NCBI GenBank assembly: GCA_038895675.1 | Contig: JAWANB010000014.1 | Location: 1-19,056, forward strand | DNA from: Candidatus Iainarchaeum sp. | Lineage (GTDB): Archaea; Iainarchaeota; Iainarchaeia; Iainarchaeales; Iainarchaeaceae | Direction of reading: 5' to 3' | Length of the DNA: 19,056 nucleotides | Shown: positions 1-8,651 of the stretch, in pieces | How the letters are laid out: every line of letters begins with the position of its first letter | Position numbering within the stretch: the first letter of the stretch is position 1 | Program-made: the position numbers and the translations under genes | The notes under the pieces: model-generated | The model's database searches: none | Seen by the model: the letters and a program-made list of their open reading frames with translations, nothing else | What the model was told of the DNA's origin: nothing

Positions 1-225
1 ACAAAACAAAACATACAAACAAAAACAACAAGTTTTTGCAACTTAGAAAGAAAAGAAGGGTACATAATAGAAATATTAAACAACTTTGAATGCCAAGCAC
101 TAAAAAAAGAATTTGGAAAAACAGACAATTGTACTACAAAATTACCATACTATATTAGCATACCTGACGAAAAAGGAAATAAATGCTTAGGCACCCTAAC
201 TTTATGCTATGAGGTAAAACAATGA
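1..225 (+). CDS. Partial hypothetical protein (C-terminal 74 aa, Cys-containing); start lies outside the window
   Basis: Frame 1 is open from position 1 (TKQNIQTKTTSFCNLERKEG...KCLGTLTLCYEVKQ) to TGA 223-225, which overlaps the ATG of the next gene (ATGA coupling). Absent from the ORF track. Confidence 0.7.
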   Translation, partial: TKQNIQTKTTSFCNLERKEGYIIEILNNFECQALKKEFGKTDNCTTKLPYYISIPDEKGNKCLGTLTLCYEVKQ

Positions 226-2099
226 GCACTGGCTCAAACATTATTTCAGCAGTAGCAATAGTGCTAATGGTCTTGTCTGGCTGGTTTATAATAAACATAA
301 ACAACATGAATCATTCACTAATAAACTACGAAGAAACCAGAAGAAACTACGAACTAAACAAAGCGGCAAATGACATAGGAGAAATATTGAACATAACAGA
401 ACCGAGTCTAAAAATGTCAATAGCAGAAATGATGGGAGAAATAGCATACCAAAGAGACGGGAAAATAAAATACAATAACCAAGAGCTTGACGCAGAAAAA
501 AAAATTTCAGAACTACTTGATTCAATATACGGAAAAGAAAACTATTACCTTGAACTAATACCGCCAAAAGTAAAAGCAAGAATGGTATTTGTAATAGATG
601 GTTCAAGAAGTTTAGCTGACGACTTAGAAAACATAAACAAAGTAATACCAGCAATAGAAAACTACCTTAAAGAACAAGAAATTGCAATAGAAACAATTAT
701 TTACATACTAAAAGAAAAAGGAAACGAAGAAGTGAGTTGTAAGAAAGTAAATACTTCACAAGCAAAATGCATAGATGAAGGATTAGGAGACTTTGCTGTA
801 AAATTTGTACAACCAAGCACAGCAGCATGCAACGACTTAAAACCAGGAATAGGGCTTTACAACAAATACTTTACCGAAACACTAAAGAACCCACAAAGCG
901 AATATTATTTAGGAGAAGACACAATATCATTAAACTACAGTAGTGGAAGCAAACATTATTGCAAACAAGCAAACCAAATAGAAATAGAAAACTACCAAAG
1001 AATACCAAAAGGACTATATTATGAAGACTGGGCAACAGGCACTGCATATGTTGCAAAAGACATACCAAAAAAACAAATTAATTCAACAGAACCAACAATA
1101 ACACTAATATTCCCAATTTCTGACGAACTAAGCACAGGCTCAGAATCAGACAAAACTTATTCATCAACACCAAAAATAAGAGAAGAACTAAAAAAACCAG
1201 CAGAAAAAGATATCAAAGAGTACTATGAAAAAAGAATGTATGATAGTTTTTGCGACACAGACTTAATAAACAATGGCAGACTACAAAGAGCAGACACAAC
1301 AATAAAACACGCAATAAGCGTTTTGCAAGAAACAGACTACATAGTAATGCCAATACTAACAAACCCACAAGTAAAAACAAACTTAAAACAATGCCATGAA
1401 GATGGTAGATTTAAGCCATTTCACCATTCAGGAGAGAAATTTGAATGTTGCGGCAAAACTTATTGTGGAGAATGCGATGCAGAAAAAGGACCACACACAG
1501 CAGAATGGCTAATAAAAGAAATAAGAAAAGACATGCAAGAATTAGCAACAGCAACCAAAGGACAATTCATAGACTTATCACAAAACTATAACGAAATAGA
1601 ATTGAAAACAAGACTATTAGATTCAATAACAAGAATAATAAACAAAAAATTTGTTTTTGGAACAAAAAAAGACAAAGAAGAAAGATACTCAATAAACAGA
1701 GCAATACCACTAAAAGGAAACAGAGCACTAACGTTCAACTTTTGGATCTACAAAAACAAAAAATCACATACAACAAGCAAGGTTGAAGGATTCAAATTAA
1801 ACCCAATAGCAAAAGCCTTTGCAAGCACCTACAAAGAAACACTAAAAGAAGACATAACAATAACACTATGGGGAAACGCCATAAGCCCAACAGGAAAAGA
1901 AGTTAAAGCAGAATGGTTCATAGGAGAAACAAAAATAGGCGAAGGACAAAGAATTGAAAAAACATTCACAAAAGCAGAAACAAGGCCTGGAAAATATGAA
2001 ATAACACTAAAAGTGACCGACACTGAAGGCAATAGCTCAGAAGATAAAATAACAATAGAGTTAACAGAAGACAAAACAACAAACACAGAACAAACATAA
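222..2099 (+). CDS. Membrane-anchored or secreted VWA-domain protein with C-terminal PKD/Ig-like domain
   Basis: N-terminal hydrophobic helix; MIDAS-like VFVIDGSRS (DxSxS); ELATATKGQFI typical of a VWA C-terminus; PKD-like PGKYEITLKVTDTEGNSSEDKITIEL; SD GAGGT at 211-215. Confidence 0.75.
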   Translation: MSTGSNIISAVAIVLMVLSGWFIININNMNHSLINYEETRRNYELNKAANDIGEILNITEPSLKMSIAEMMGEIAYQRDGKIKYNNQELDAEKKISELLDSIYGKENYYLELIPPKVKARMVFVIDGSRSLADDLENINKVIPAIENYLKEQEIAIETIIYILKEKGNEEVSCKKVNTSQAKCIDEGLGDFAVKFVQPSTAACNDLKPGIGLYNKYFTETLKNPQSEYYLGEDTISLNYSSGSKHYCKQANQIEIENYQRIPKGLYYEDWATGTAYVAKDIPKKQINSTEPTITLIFPISDELSTGSESDKTYSSTPKIREELKKPAEKDIKEYYEKRMYDSFCDTDLINNGRLQRADTTIKHAISVLQETDYIVMPILTNPQVKTNLKQCHEDGRFKPFHHSGEKFECCGKTYCGECDAEKGPHTAEWLIKEIRKDMQELATATKGQFIDLSQNYNEIELKTRLLDSITRIINKKFVFGTKKDKEERYSINRAIPLKGNRALTFNFWIYKNKKSHTTSKVEGFKLNPIAKAFASTYKETLKEDITITLWGNAISPTGKEVKAEWFIGETKIGEGQRIEKTFTKAETRPGKYEITLKVTDTEGNSSEDKITIELTEDKTTNTEQT

Positions 2100-2433
2100 A
2101 AAACAAAATCGAAAAAAACAAAAAAAAGTCAAACAACGACAAAACACGCACTTGAAAAAAAAACAAAATTTGCAAAAAATAATAGTGAAAAATAGAAAGT
2201 AAAAAAAAACACGACTAACAAACAGGCACTGTAGAAATGACTTTTAAATCAAACAAAAGTTTACAAAAAATTGACTTTGTCTATCAAAACAAGTCAATGC
2301 CTTTTAAAAAACCAAACATGATTTCTACAAAGCATAACAAACAAAAGACCTTAAAAAAACCTAAAAGTCAAAGTTATTTTATAGAGCAAAAAAAAAGCAA
2401 CCTTTTAAGCAAGTTTTACACAAAAACAATTAC

Positions 2434-4245
2434 ATGCTTTTTCACGAAATAGCTGAAACCTTCAACAAAATAGAAACAACTACGTCAAGGCTAAAAATAG
2501 CAGAACACCTTTCAGAAATATTCAAAAAAGCAAAAAAAGAAGAAATAAAAGAAATAACTTACCTTTTCCAAGGCTCTTTAGGGCCAAAACACGCAGGAAT
2601 AGAAGCGGGTTTAGGAGAAATGCTAATAGAAGAAGCAATAGCAAAAGCAACAGGATACACAAAAGAACAAATAGAAAAAAAATACAAAGAAACAGGAGAC
2701 TTAGGAATAGTAGCACAAGAACTCACAAAAAACAAAAAACAAAAAACATTTTTCAAACAAGAACTAACAACACAAAAAGTATTCTCCAACTTAGTAAAAA
2801 TAGCAGAAACAAAAGGAAAAGGAAGCCAAGAAATAAAGTTAAGAGCATTCGCAGAACTACTCAATAGTGCAACTCCACAAGAAGCAAAATACATAGTAAG
2901 ATTCCCATTAGGCAACTTAAGATTAGGCATAGGGGATCCGACAATAATAGACGCCATGGCAATAAACTACACAACGGAAATAAAAGACAAAGAAATAGAA
3001 ACAATAGAAAACCAAGAAGAAAAAGAAAAAAAAGCAAGACAAAAAATAAAAGAAAAAATAGAAGAAAAATATAACATATACTCGGATCTAGGGGAAATAG
3101 CACAAAAACTCAAAGAAAAAGGACTCAAAGGACTCGAAGAAATACAAATAAAACCAGGAATACCAATAAGACCAACTTTAGCTGAAAGACTTAATAGCGC
3201 AGAAGAAATAATAGAAAAATTAGGAAAATGCGCAGTAGAACAAAAAATAGACGGCTTCAGAATACAATGCCACAAAGACCAAGACAAAATAATAATATTC
3301 TCAAGACAATCAGAAAACATGACAGAAATGTTCCCAGAAATAGTACAAGCAATAAAAGAACAAGTCAAAGCAAAAACAATAATATTTGAAGGAGAAGCAA
3401 TAGCATACAACGAAAACACTAACCAATACTACCCATTCCAAATAACCATACAAAGAAAAAGAAAATATGATATAGGAGAAAAAGCAGAAGAATTCCCACT
3501 AAAATTATTCGCCTTTGACATAATGTACTTAGATGGCCAAAGCCTAATGGAAAAAAAATTCAAAGAAAGAAGACAAATATTAGAAAAAATAATAAGCAAA
3601 GGCAAAGTAATAAGCCTCACACAAAGCATAGAAACAAACGACCCGAAAAAACTAGAAGAATACTTTTTAGAAAGCATAGAACAAGGTTTAGAAGGAATAA
3701 TAGCAAAAGATTTAGAAGCGCAATACATCGCAGGAGCAAGAAAATTCGCATGGATAAAACTAAAAAGAAGCTACAAAGGAGAACTAAAAGACACAATAGA
3801 CGTAACAATAATAGGGTATTATAAAGGCAAAGGAAAAAGAACAGAATTTGGCATAGGAGGACTACTAACAGCAGTTTACGACCAAGAAAAAGACACATTT
3901 AAATCAATATGCAAAATAGGAACAGGCATGACAGAAGAAATGCTCAAAGAACTAGAAACAAAACTAAGCAAAATAACTACAAAACAAAAACCAAGCAGAA
4001 TAGAATCAGAAATAGAACCAGACGCATGGGTAGAACCAAAATACGTCATAGAAGTAGTTGCAGACGAAATAACAAAAAGCCCACTACACACGACAGGGAA
4101 AAAAAACGGGACAGGCTATGCCCTAAGATTCCCAAGAATGATAAAATTCAGAGAAAAAAAACCAGAAGAAAGCACAACAGAAAAAGAAATAATAGAAATG
4201 TACGAACACCAAACCAAAAAAAGCACAGAAACAACATTTATTTAA
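2434..4245 (+). CDS. lig: ATP-dependent DNA ligase (archaeal type)
   Basis: Motif I EQKIDGFRIQCH (KxDGxR), FEGE, FAFDIMY, EGIIAK, WIKLK, ALRFPR; N-terminal DNA-binding domain with LRLGIG. Confidence 0.97.
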   Translation: MLFHEIAETFNKIETTTSRLKIAEHLSEIFKKAKKEEIKEITYLFQGSLGPKHAGIEAGLGEMLIEEAIAKATGYTKEQIEKKYKETGDLGIVAQELTKNKKQKTFFKQELTTQKVFSNLVKIAETKGKGSQEIKLRAFAELLNSATPQEAKYIVRFPLGNLRLGIGDPTIIDAMAINYTTEIKDKEIETIENQEEKEKKARQKIKEKIEEKYNIYSDLGEIAQKLKEKGLKGLEEIQIKPGIPIRPTLAERLNSAEEIIEKLGKCAVEQKIDGFRIQCHKDQDKIIIFSRQSENMTEMFPEIVQAIKEQVKAKTIIFEGEAIAYNENTNQYYPFQITIQRKRKYDIGEKAEEFPLKLFAFDIMYLDGQSLMEKKFKERRQILEKIISKGKVISLTQSIETNDPKKLEEYFLESIEQGLEGIIAKDLEAQYIAGARKFAWIKLKRSYKGELKDTIDVTIIGYYKGKGKRTEFGIGGLLTAVYDQEKDTFKSICKIGTGMTEEMLKELETKLSKITTKQKPSRIESEIEPDAWVEPKYVIEVVADEITKSPLHTTGKKNGTGYALRFPRMIKFREKKPEESTTEKEIIEMYEHQTKKSTETTFI

Positions 4246-4266
4246 ATGAAAAAACAATAATGCAAA

Positions 4267-4518
4267 ATGAATATCATAACTATAGAAAAAGCAGTAAAAC
4301 TACTAATAGGATTTTCACTGACAATAACATTATTGTTTTTATTCAAAGTTTGGACTATCGAAAACCAAAGATTTTTCCTTATTTCAGGCAGAACAGAAGA
4401 CCTCATAGTAGTCCTAATAATAGGAATGACAATAACATTAGTACTTGAAAAACTCTGGAAATGGGAAGTAAAAGAACTAGCAAAACCAAAGAGGCGACCA
4501 AAATGGATTCGCCGATAA
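4267..4518 (+). CDS. Small hypothetical membrane protein (2 TM)
   Basis: 83-aa ORF with two hydrophobic segments and a basic tail; fills the gap between lig and the next gene. Confidence 0.65.
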   Translation: MNIITIEKAVKLLIGFSLTITLLFLFKVWTIENQRFFLISGRTEDLIVVLIIGMTITLVLEKLWKWEVKELAKPKRRPKWIRR

Positions 4519-5423
4519 AACTAATAATAGCAACTATAATAGCAATAATAATAATATTCACAATTTACAATTACTTTACAGAACAAACAAAACAAGCAGG
4601 AAAAGACATAAAAGCAGGCATAAAATACGCAGAATCAAACTTAAACACAACAAGCACAAAACAAATAAAATTTACCAAAGGCGAAGCATACAACGCAAAA
4701 GTTTTCGAAGAACCAGGAACAAACGTCAGGTTTGAATGCACCAGCACAGAAGCATGCATAGGAGACAAACTAAAGATAACTACAAAACAAATACAAGCAC
4801 TACAAGACTACTATATAAACGCCCACTTTAGATGCACTGACAAAAAAATAATGAACGACTGCATAGTATACTTTGGAGACGAACCTGCAAAATTAGAAAT
4901 ACAAAAAGTAAAAGCACCAGAAGAAACAACAAAAAATGACGAAACAGAAATAGAATTCACAATAACAAATAAAGGAAAAATACCAACAGCAAAAATAGAA
5001 TACGAAATAAAAGTATTCGTAGAAACAAAAAAAGAAACAGAAAAACAAAACATTCTAAAGCAAAATTACCAAGGCACAATAGAAAAATTAGAGCCACAAG
5101 AAGAAAAAACAATAAAACAAAAAATAAATTACAATAGTAGTGGCAAAAGTTATTTAGAAATAACAGCACAAAGCGAAAACGCAGGAATAGCAACAACAAA
5201 AAAAGAAATACTAGTAAAAGAAAGTTTTACAGATTGCAAAGCAACAACAAAAGGCAAACCTATTCTGATAGAAGGAAAATGCAAAACACCATATTATTGC
5301 GAGAACTGCGAATTTGCATACGAATGCTCTTTAAAGTGGACAGAACAAGGAATAAAAGCAACGGAAATTTACAAAGAAGTTGTTTACGAAGAAAAAGAAC
5401 CAGAAAATGGAGAGTGCAAATGA
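4503..5423 (+). CDS. Membrane-anchored CARDB/Ig-like domain protein
   Basis: Start moved to ATG 4503 (MDSPIKLIIATIIAIIIIF), with GAGGCG SD-like at 4491-4496. CARDB-like EIEFTITNKGK...IEKLEPQEEKTI; Cys pairs typical of extracellular proteins. Confidence 0.7.
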   Translation: MDSPIKLIIATIIAIIIIFTIYNYFTEQTKQAGKDIKAGIKYAESNLNTTSTKQIKFTKGEAYNAKVFEEPGTNVRFECTSTEACIGDKLKITTKQIQALQDYYINAHFRCTDKKIMNDCIVYFGDEPAKLEIQKVKAPEETTKNDETEIEFTITNKGKIPTAKIEYEIKVFVETKKETEKQNILKQNYQGTIEKLEPQEEKTIKQKINYNSSGKSYLEITAQSENAGIATTKKEILVKESFTDCKATTKGKPILIEGKCKTPYYCENCEFAYECSLKWTEQGIKATEIYKEVVYEEKEPENGECK

Positions 5424-5434
5424 CCAAAAAAGAA

Positions 5435-5442
5435 TTTAAATA
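5435..5442 (+). promoter_or_regulatory. Putative TATA box, probably giving a leaderless transcript of the Lrp gene
   Basis: TTTAAATA preceded by an A-rich BRE-like tract, starting 29 nt before ATG 5464. Confidence 0.45.
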
Positions 5443-5463
5443 TTAGACAACAAAAAAACTTAA

Positions 5464-6420
5464 ATGGAATTATCTAATTTAGAACTAAGAATAATAAGAT
5501 ATGGACTTGAGAATGGACTACTTGAATCTGAAAGAGAAATAGCAAAAAAACTCAGAATAAGCCCCTCTACTTTTTCCTTCAAAATGCGGAAATTAGAAGA
5601 CAAAGGAATAATAACAACATACAGGTATAGAATAGATTTTACAAAACTAGGCTTTACAAAAATAGCATGGATAAGATTTAGACCTGAATACGGAAAACAT
5701 AGCATGGAAGAATACATGCAAAAAATTTTAGAGAACCCACAAGTTCACGTTTGTGCCTTTACGAGTGGATCTAAAAACTTTGCAATAAAAGTTTACGCAA
5801 AATCAATACAAGAAATAAAAGAAATCACAAAAAAAATAGGAAAAGAACACAATGCGAACAAAAACATAGAAACAATAATTATTACAAAACAACTCAAAGC
5901 CCACAATCTCAAAATTTCAGAACAAAAATCACAAATAAAATTTGACGAAAAACACTATGAAATATTATCAAAAAAAATGCAAAACCCAAAACAAAGCATA
6001 ATTGAAATAGCAAAAGAACTAAATTTACACAGAAACACCATAACAAAAAAATGGAAAGAAATGATAGACAATAAAATAATACTAAAAAAAACACCAATAA
6101 TAAACCCTGAATTTTACAGACAAATAGGAATACACTGCATGGCAATGCACATATTTACACCAAAAAAAGGAATGTTAGACAAATTGTCACAACAATTATT
6201 AGAAATGAAAGAAGTGCACGAACTAAACGAAACAAAAGACAAAAAACTATTAGCAATAATAAGAACAAACGACTTAGGAAGTTATTTTAAAATCACTTCA
6301 GAATTCCTATCAAAGAAAAAAATAAGCAAATGCATACAAAAATCACTTTTCAATATAATAATAACAAGCGACTCAAGAAGACCAACTTATTTAAAAGACC
6401 TAAAAAAAAGCAAAGTGTAA
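5464..6420 (+). CDS. Lrp/AsnC-family transcriptional regulator with two tandem HTH + effector units
   Basis: HTH1 SEREIAKKLRISPSTFSFKMRKLEDKGII..Y..RIDFTKLG; HTH2 SIIEIAKELNLHRNTITKKWKEMIDNKII..TPIINP; each followed by a RAM-like domain. Confidence 0.85.
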   Translation: MELSNLELRIIRYGLENGLLESEREIAKKLRISPSTFSFKMRKLEDKGIITTYRYRIDFTKLGFTKIAWIRFRPEYGKHSMEEYMQKILENPQVHVCAFTSGSKNFAIKVYAKSIQEIKEITKKIGKEHNANKNIETIIITKQLKAHNLKISEQKSQIKFDEKHYEILSKKMQNPKQSIIEIAKELNLHRNTITKKWKEMIDNKIILKKTPIINPEFYRQIGIHCMAMHIFTPKKGMLDKLSQQLLEMKEVHELNETKDKKLLAIIRTNDLGSYFKITSEFLSKKKISKCIQKSLFNIIITSDSRRPTYLKDLKKSKV

Positions 6421-6448
6421 AATAAAACCAAATAAAAAATTAATTTAC

Positions 6449-6456
6449 TTTATAAA
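6449..6456 (+). promoter_or_regulatory. Putative TATA box of tRNA-Pro
   Basis: TTTATAAA starting 35 nt upstream of the tRNA G1 (6484). Confidence 0.55.
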
Positions 6457-6483
6457 CTATTCACAAACAATTTTTTTATTAAA

Positions 6484-6587
6484 GGGGTTATGGTGTAGTC
6501 TGGTCTAGCATACAAGCTTTGGGGCAATCGACAAAAACAAAGATTGCAAATTAGCTTGCGACACCGGTTCAAATCCGGTTAACCCCA
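6484..6587 (+). tRNA. tRNA-Pro(UGG) with a 29-nt intron at 37/38 (6524-6552)
   Basis: Acceptor GGGGTTA/TAACCCC+A; anticodon stem CAAGC/GCTTG; TT-TGG-G; T-arm ACCGG-TTCAAAT-CCGGT. BHB motif: TTTG/CAAA central helix, bulges GGG and TTA, intron helix CAATC/GATTG. Confidence 0.95.
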
Positions 6588-6596
6588 ATAAGTTTA

Positions 6597-7130
6597 TCAA
6601 ATTTCATCCCACATTTCAACGAACTCATCAACCAAATTGTCCAAAAAGCTTTTCCTATAAGACCTCAATAATTCAGCTATTTTTTCTTTTTCTTTAATAG
6701 AATAAACAACTTTACCTGAATAAGCCTTCTCTTCTAAAACATTATCTTTTATTAAACTATGAATGTAGTTTTGAACAGTAGTCTCATTCAAACCAGTCCC
6801 ACTAACAATCTTCTCTAAAGTAGAATACCTCCTTTTTGACAAAAACAACAAAACTTTTCTTATCTTGTCTTGCCTCAAAAAAGACATTAACTTAGTTTCA
6901 TCAAACTTTTCTCTTACCAAATAATACCTAAGAAACTTTTTTTCTCTTTCAGTCTTTACAAGATGCCTCTTGACAAAATAATCCAAATGATACTGCAAAG
7001 CACCAGTAGCTATCCCAGTTCTTCTTTGAAGTTCTCTAAAATGCAAACCAGGATTCTCTTTTATTGTCTCATAAATCTTTCTCCTTATTTCAAGTCTCAA
7101 AGCCTCTTCCAATGGGTCCTGGTACCTCAT
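6597..7130 (-). CDS. Winged helix-turn-helix transcriptional regulator (double wHTH, ArsR/COG3398-like)
   Basis: RRKIYETIKENPGLHFRELQRRTGIATGALQYHL, plus a second HTH STLEKIVSGTGLNETTVQNYIHSL. Confidence 0.85.
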   Translation of the reverse strand: MRYQDPLEEALRLEIRRKIYETIKENPGLHFRELQRRTGIATGALQYHLDYFVKRHLVKTEREKKFLRYYLVREKFDETKLMSFLRQDKIRKVLLFLSKRRYSTLEKIVSGTGLNETTVQNYIHSLIKDNVLEEKAYSGKVVYSIKEKEKIAELLRSYRKSFLDNLVDEFVEMWDEI

Positions 7131-7136
7131 TGGCTA

Positions 7137-7493
7137 TCACGTTTCTGGTGCAAAAAATTTTTTCCCTTTTCTACCATAAAACAAAGCTACAAATAAAAAC
7201 AGCAGTATTCCTAACTCAAAAATATTTTCAGAACTATCTGAAAGAAAAGTGCCTGGAGAATAAAAATAGTCAATTAACTTTATCAACAACTTCAAAGAAA
7301 ACAAAAAAAAAGCAAACGAAATTAACAAAATCCTTCTTGAACCAGAACGCCTATAAGACATGACTGAAATAAAAAAAATGAAAATAGCCAAAATGAAAAT
7401 TATTACTTTAACAGGCAAATCAATTTGTTTCGCAAATTCAGTAATAGGCCTTAAAAAATCCCAAAAATAACCAACTAAAAAAAAACTAAACAA
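7137..7493 (-). CDS. Hypothetical membrane protein (about 3 TM), co-oriented with the wHTH regulator
   Basis: TTG start with SD AAGGTGA (7498-7504, minus); hydrophobic helices with SYRRSGSRRILLISFAF; 6-nt gap to the regulator. Confidence 0.75.
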   Translation of the reverse strand: MFSFFLVGYFWDFLRPITEFAKQIDLPVKVIIFILAIFIFFISVMSYRRSGSRRILLISFAFFLFSLKLLIKLIDYFYSPGTFLSDSSENIFELGILLFLFVALFYGRKGKKFFAPET

Positions 7494-7547
7494 AAAATCA
7501 CCTTACAAACTCTTACCTAAAGTTTTATTTAAAACAAGTGGTTTAAT

Positions 7548-7599
7548 AAAAAAAACAAAGGAAGCAAAAGGGAGGAGTGAGGTGAACCTTGTTGCTTCC
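7548..7599 (-). ncRNA. Candidate small hairpin RNA with an anti-SD loop
   Basis: Minus strand reads GGAAGCAA-C-AAGG[TTCACCTCACTCCTC]CCTT-TTGCTTCC followed by TTTGTTTTTTTT; TTTATAAA (7622-7629) starts 30 nt upstream of G7599. Confidence 0.5.
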
Positions 7600-7681
7600 A
7601 CTGATAAAACTCCGTTTTAGGTTTATAAAGATATTATGGTACAATCGCTGGAAACAACAAAAAAAACAAATTTGAAAGATT

Positions 7682-8593
7682 TTACTTTAAATCAGAACCT
7701 TTAGCCAAATACTTTGAAGCCAAGTCTACTTCCTTTTTACCACCAACATAAATCGGCGTTCTTTGAGACAAAGAAGCAGGCTTTAAAGAACGTAAGTCTT
7801 CTAAACCATTAGTTCCACGACCACCAGCCTCCTCAATAATCAAAGACACTGGATTTGCCTCAAAAATCAACCTAAGCTTTCCATCAGGCGACTTTTTTGT
7901 CGAAGGATAAGTAAAAACCCCGCCATAAGAAAGAATCTGCTGAACATCAGGTACAAAACCACCAGAAAACCTCAACTTATAACCCTGAGCCTCAAGATCC
8001 TCAATGAAAGCCAAATGAGAAGAAAACCACTCGTTTCTAAGGCCACCAGGCGAATATATTTTCCCATCGGGCAACAAAATATTTTCCTTTCGCAAAACAA
8101 ACCTACCCTTAGAATCCATAACAAACTCATGAACACCATTTTTAGCAGTATAAACAAGAGAACTAAGAGGGCCATAAACAATATACAAAGCAGCATCCAT
8201 CTTAGCACCTTTCTCCATAACATTACCTTCATTAAAAAAACCAGCAATAGTACCAACAGCCAAATTAGTCTTAATCAAAGAACTACCATCTAAAGGATCA
8301 AGAGTGACACCATAAGTTCCACTAGCTTTTCTTATCTCCATGACTTCGTTCTGCTCCTCAGAAGCAACGGTTCTCACAAGACGAGACTTTTCCATGGCAG
8401 TAAGAAAAACATGGTCAGCAAACTTGTCCAATTCCATTTGTTGCTCGCCAAAAATGTTAGTAGTATTAGAAACACCAGACTGAGCAAAAAAGGCCTGTCT
8501 AACCAACCTACTCTTATCAGCAATCGTCAAAATTATTTTAGCAAGATCCCTATCAACCTTATGCTCTGCCAAATGCTCATCCAAAAAAACCAT
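7682..8593 (-). CDS. fbp: Fructose-1,6-bisphosphatase class I
   Basis: NIFGEQQMELD, ASEEQ, LDPLDGSS, RFSGGFVPDV, GGVFTYP and GKLRLIFEANP motifs. Confidence 0.95.
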   Translation of the reverse strand: MVFLDEHLAEHKVDRDLAKIILTIADKSRLVRQAFFAQSGVSNTTNIFGEQQMELDKFADHVFLTAMEKSRLVRTVASEEQNEVMEIRKASGTYGVTLDPLDGSSLIKTNLAVGTIAGFFNEGNVMEKGAKMDAALYIVYGPLSSLVYTAKNGVHEFVMDSKGRFVLRKENILLPDGKIYSPGGLRNEWFSSHLAFIEDLEAQGYKLRFSGGFVPDVQQILSYGGVFTYPSTKKSPDGKLRLIFEANPVSLIIEEAGGRGTNGLEDLRSLKPASLSQRTPIYVGGKKEVDLASKYLAKGSDLK

Positions 8594-8651
8594 AAAATAA
8601 ATACCTTAGGAAATCATTAAAAAAACACCCTCTAAATTTCTATTAGCTAAC

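Noticed and set aside
2270..2298. Palindrome as an Xer/dif site
   Set aside because: The arms do not resemble dif consensus (no inner TAA/TTA) and the 11-6-11 geometry is imperfect.
2321..2334. ATTTCTAC resembling a Cas12a CRISPR repeat stem
   Set aside because: No regularly spaced repeat-spacer array and no cas genes.
2237..2452. 71-aa ORF upstream of lig
   Set aside because: Low-complexity, overlaps the lig start and its probable promoter, and has no SD or motif.
3909..4448. 179-aa Arg/Asn/Lys-rich alternative-frame ORF (also 10146-10445, 10824-11009, 8855-9109)
   Set aside because: Off-frame read-through of A-rich genes that have clear identities.
286..5717. Many Leu/Phe-rich minus-strand ORFs opposite the VWA, ligase, CARDB and Lrp genes
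   Set aside because: Shadow ORFs produced by the A-rich plus strand, with no recognisable motifs.
7595..7655. ORB-like words (TTCCACTGATAAAAC, CGCTGGAAAC) as a replication origin
   Set aside because: Weak matches with no G-string, no cdc6/orc1 nearby and no skew switch.
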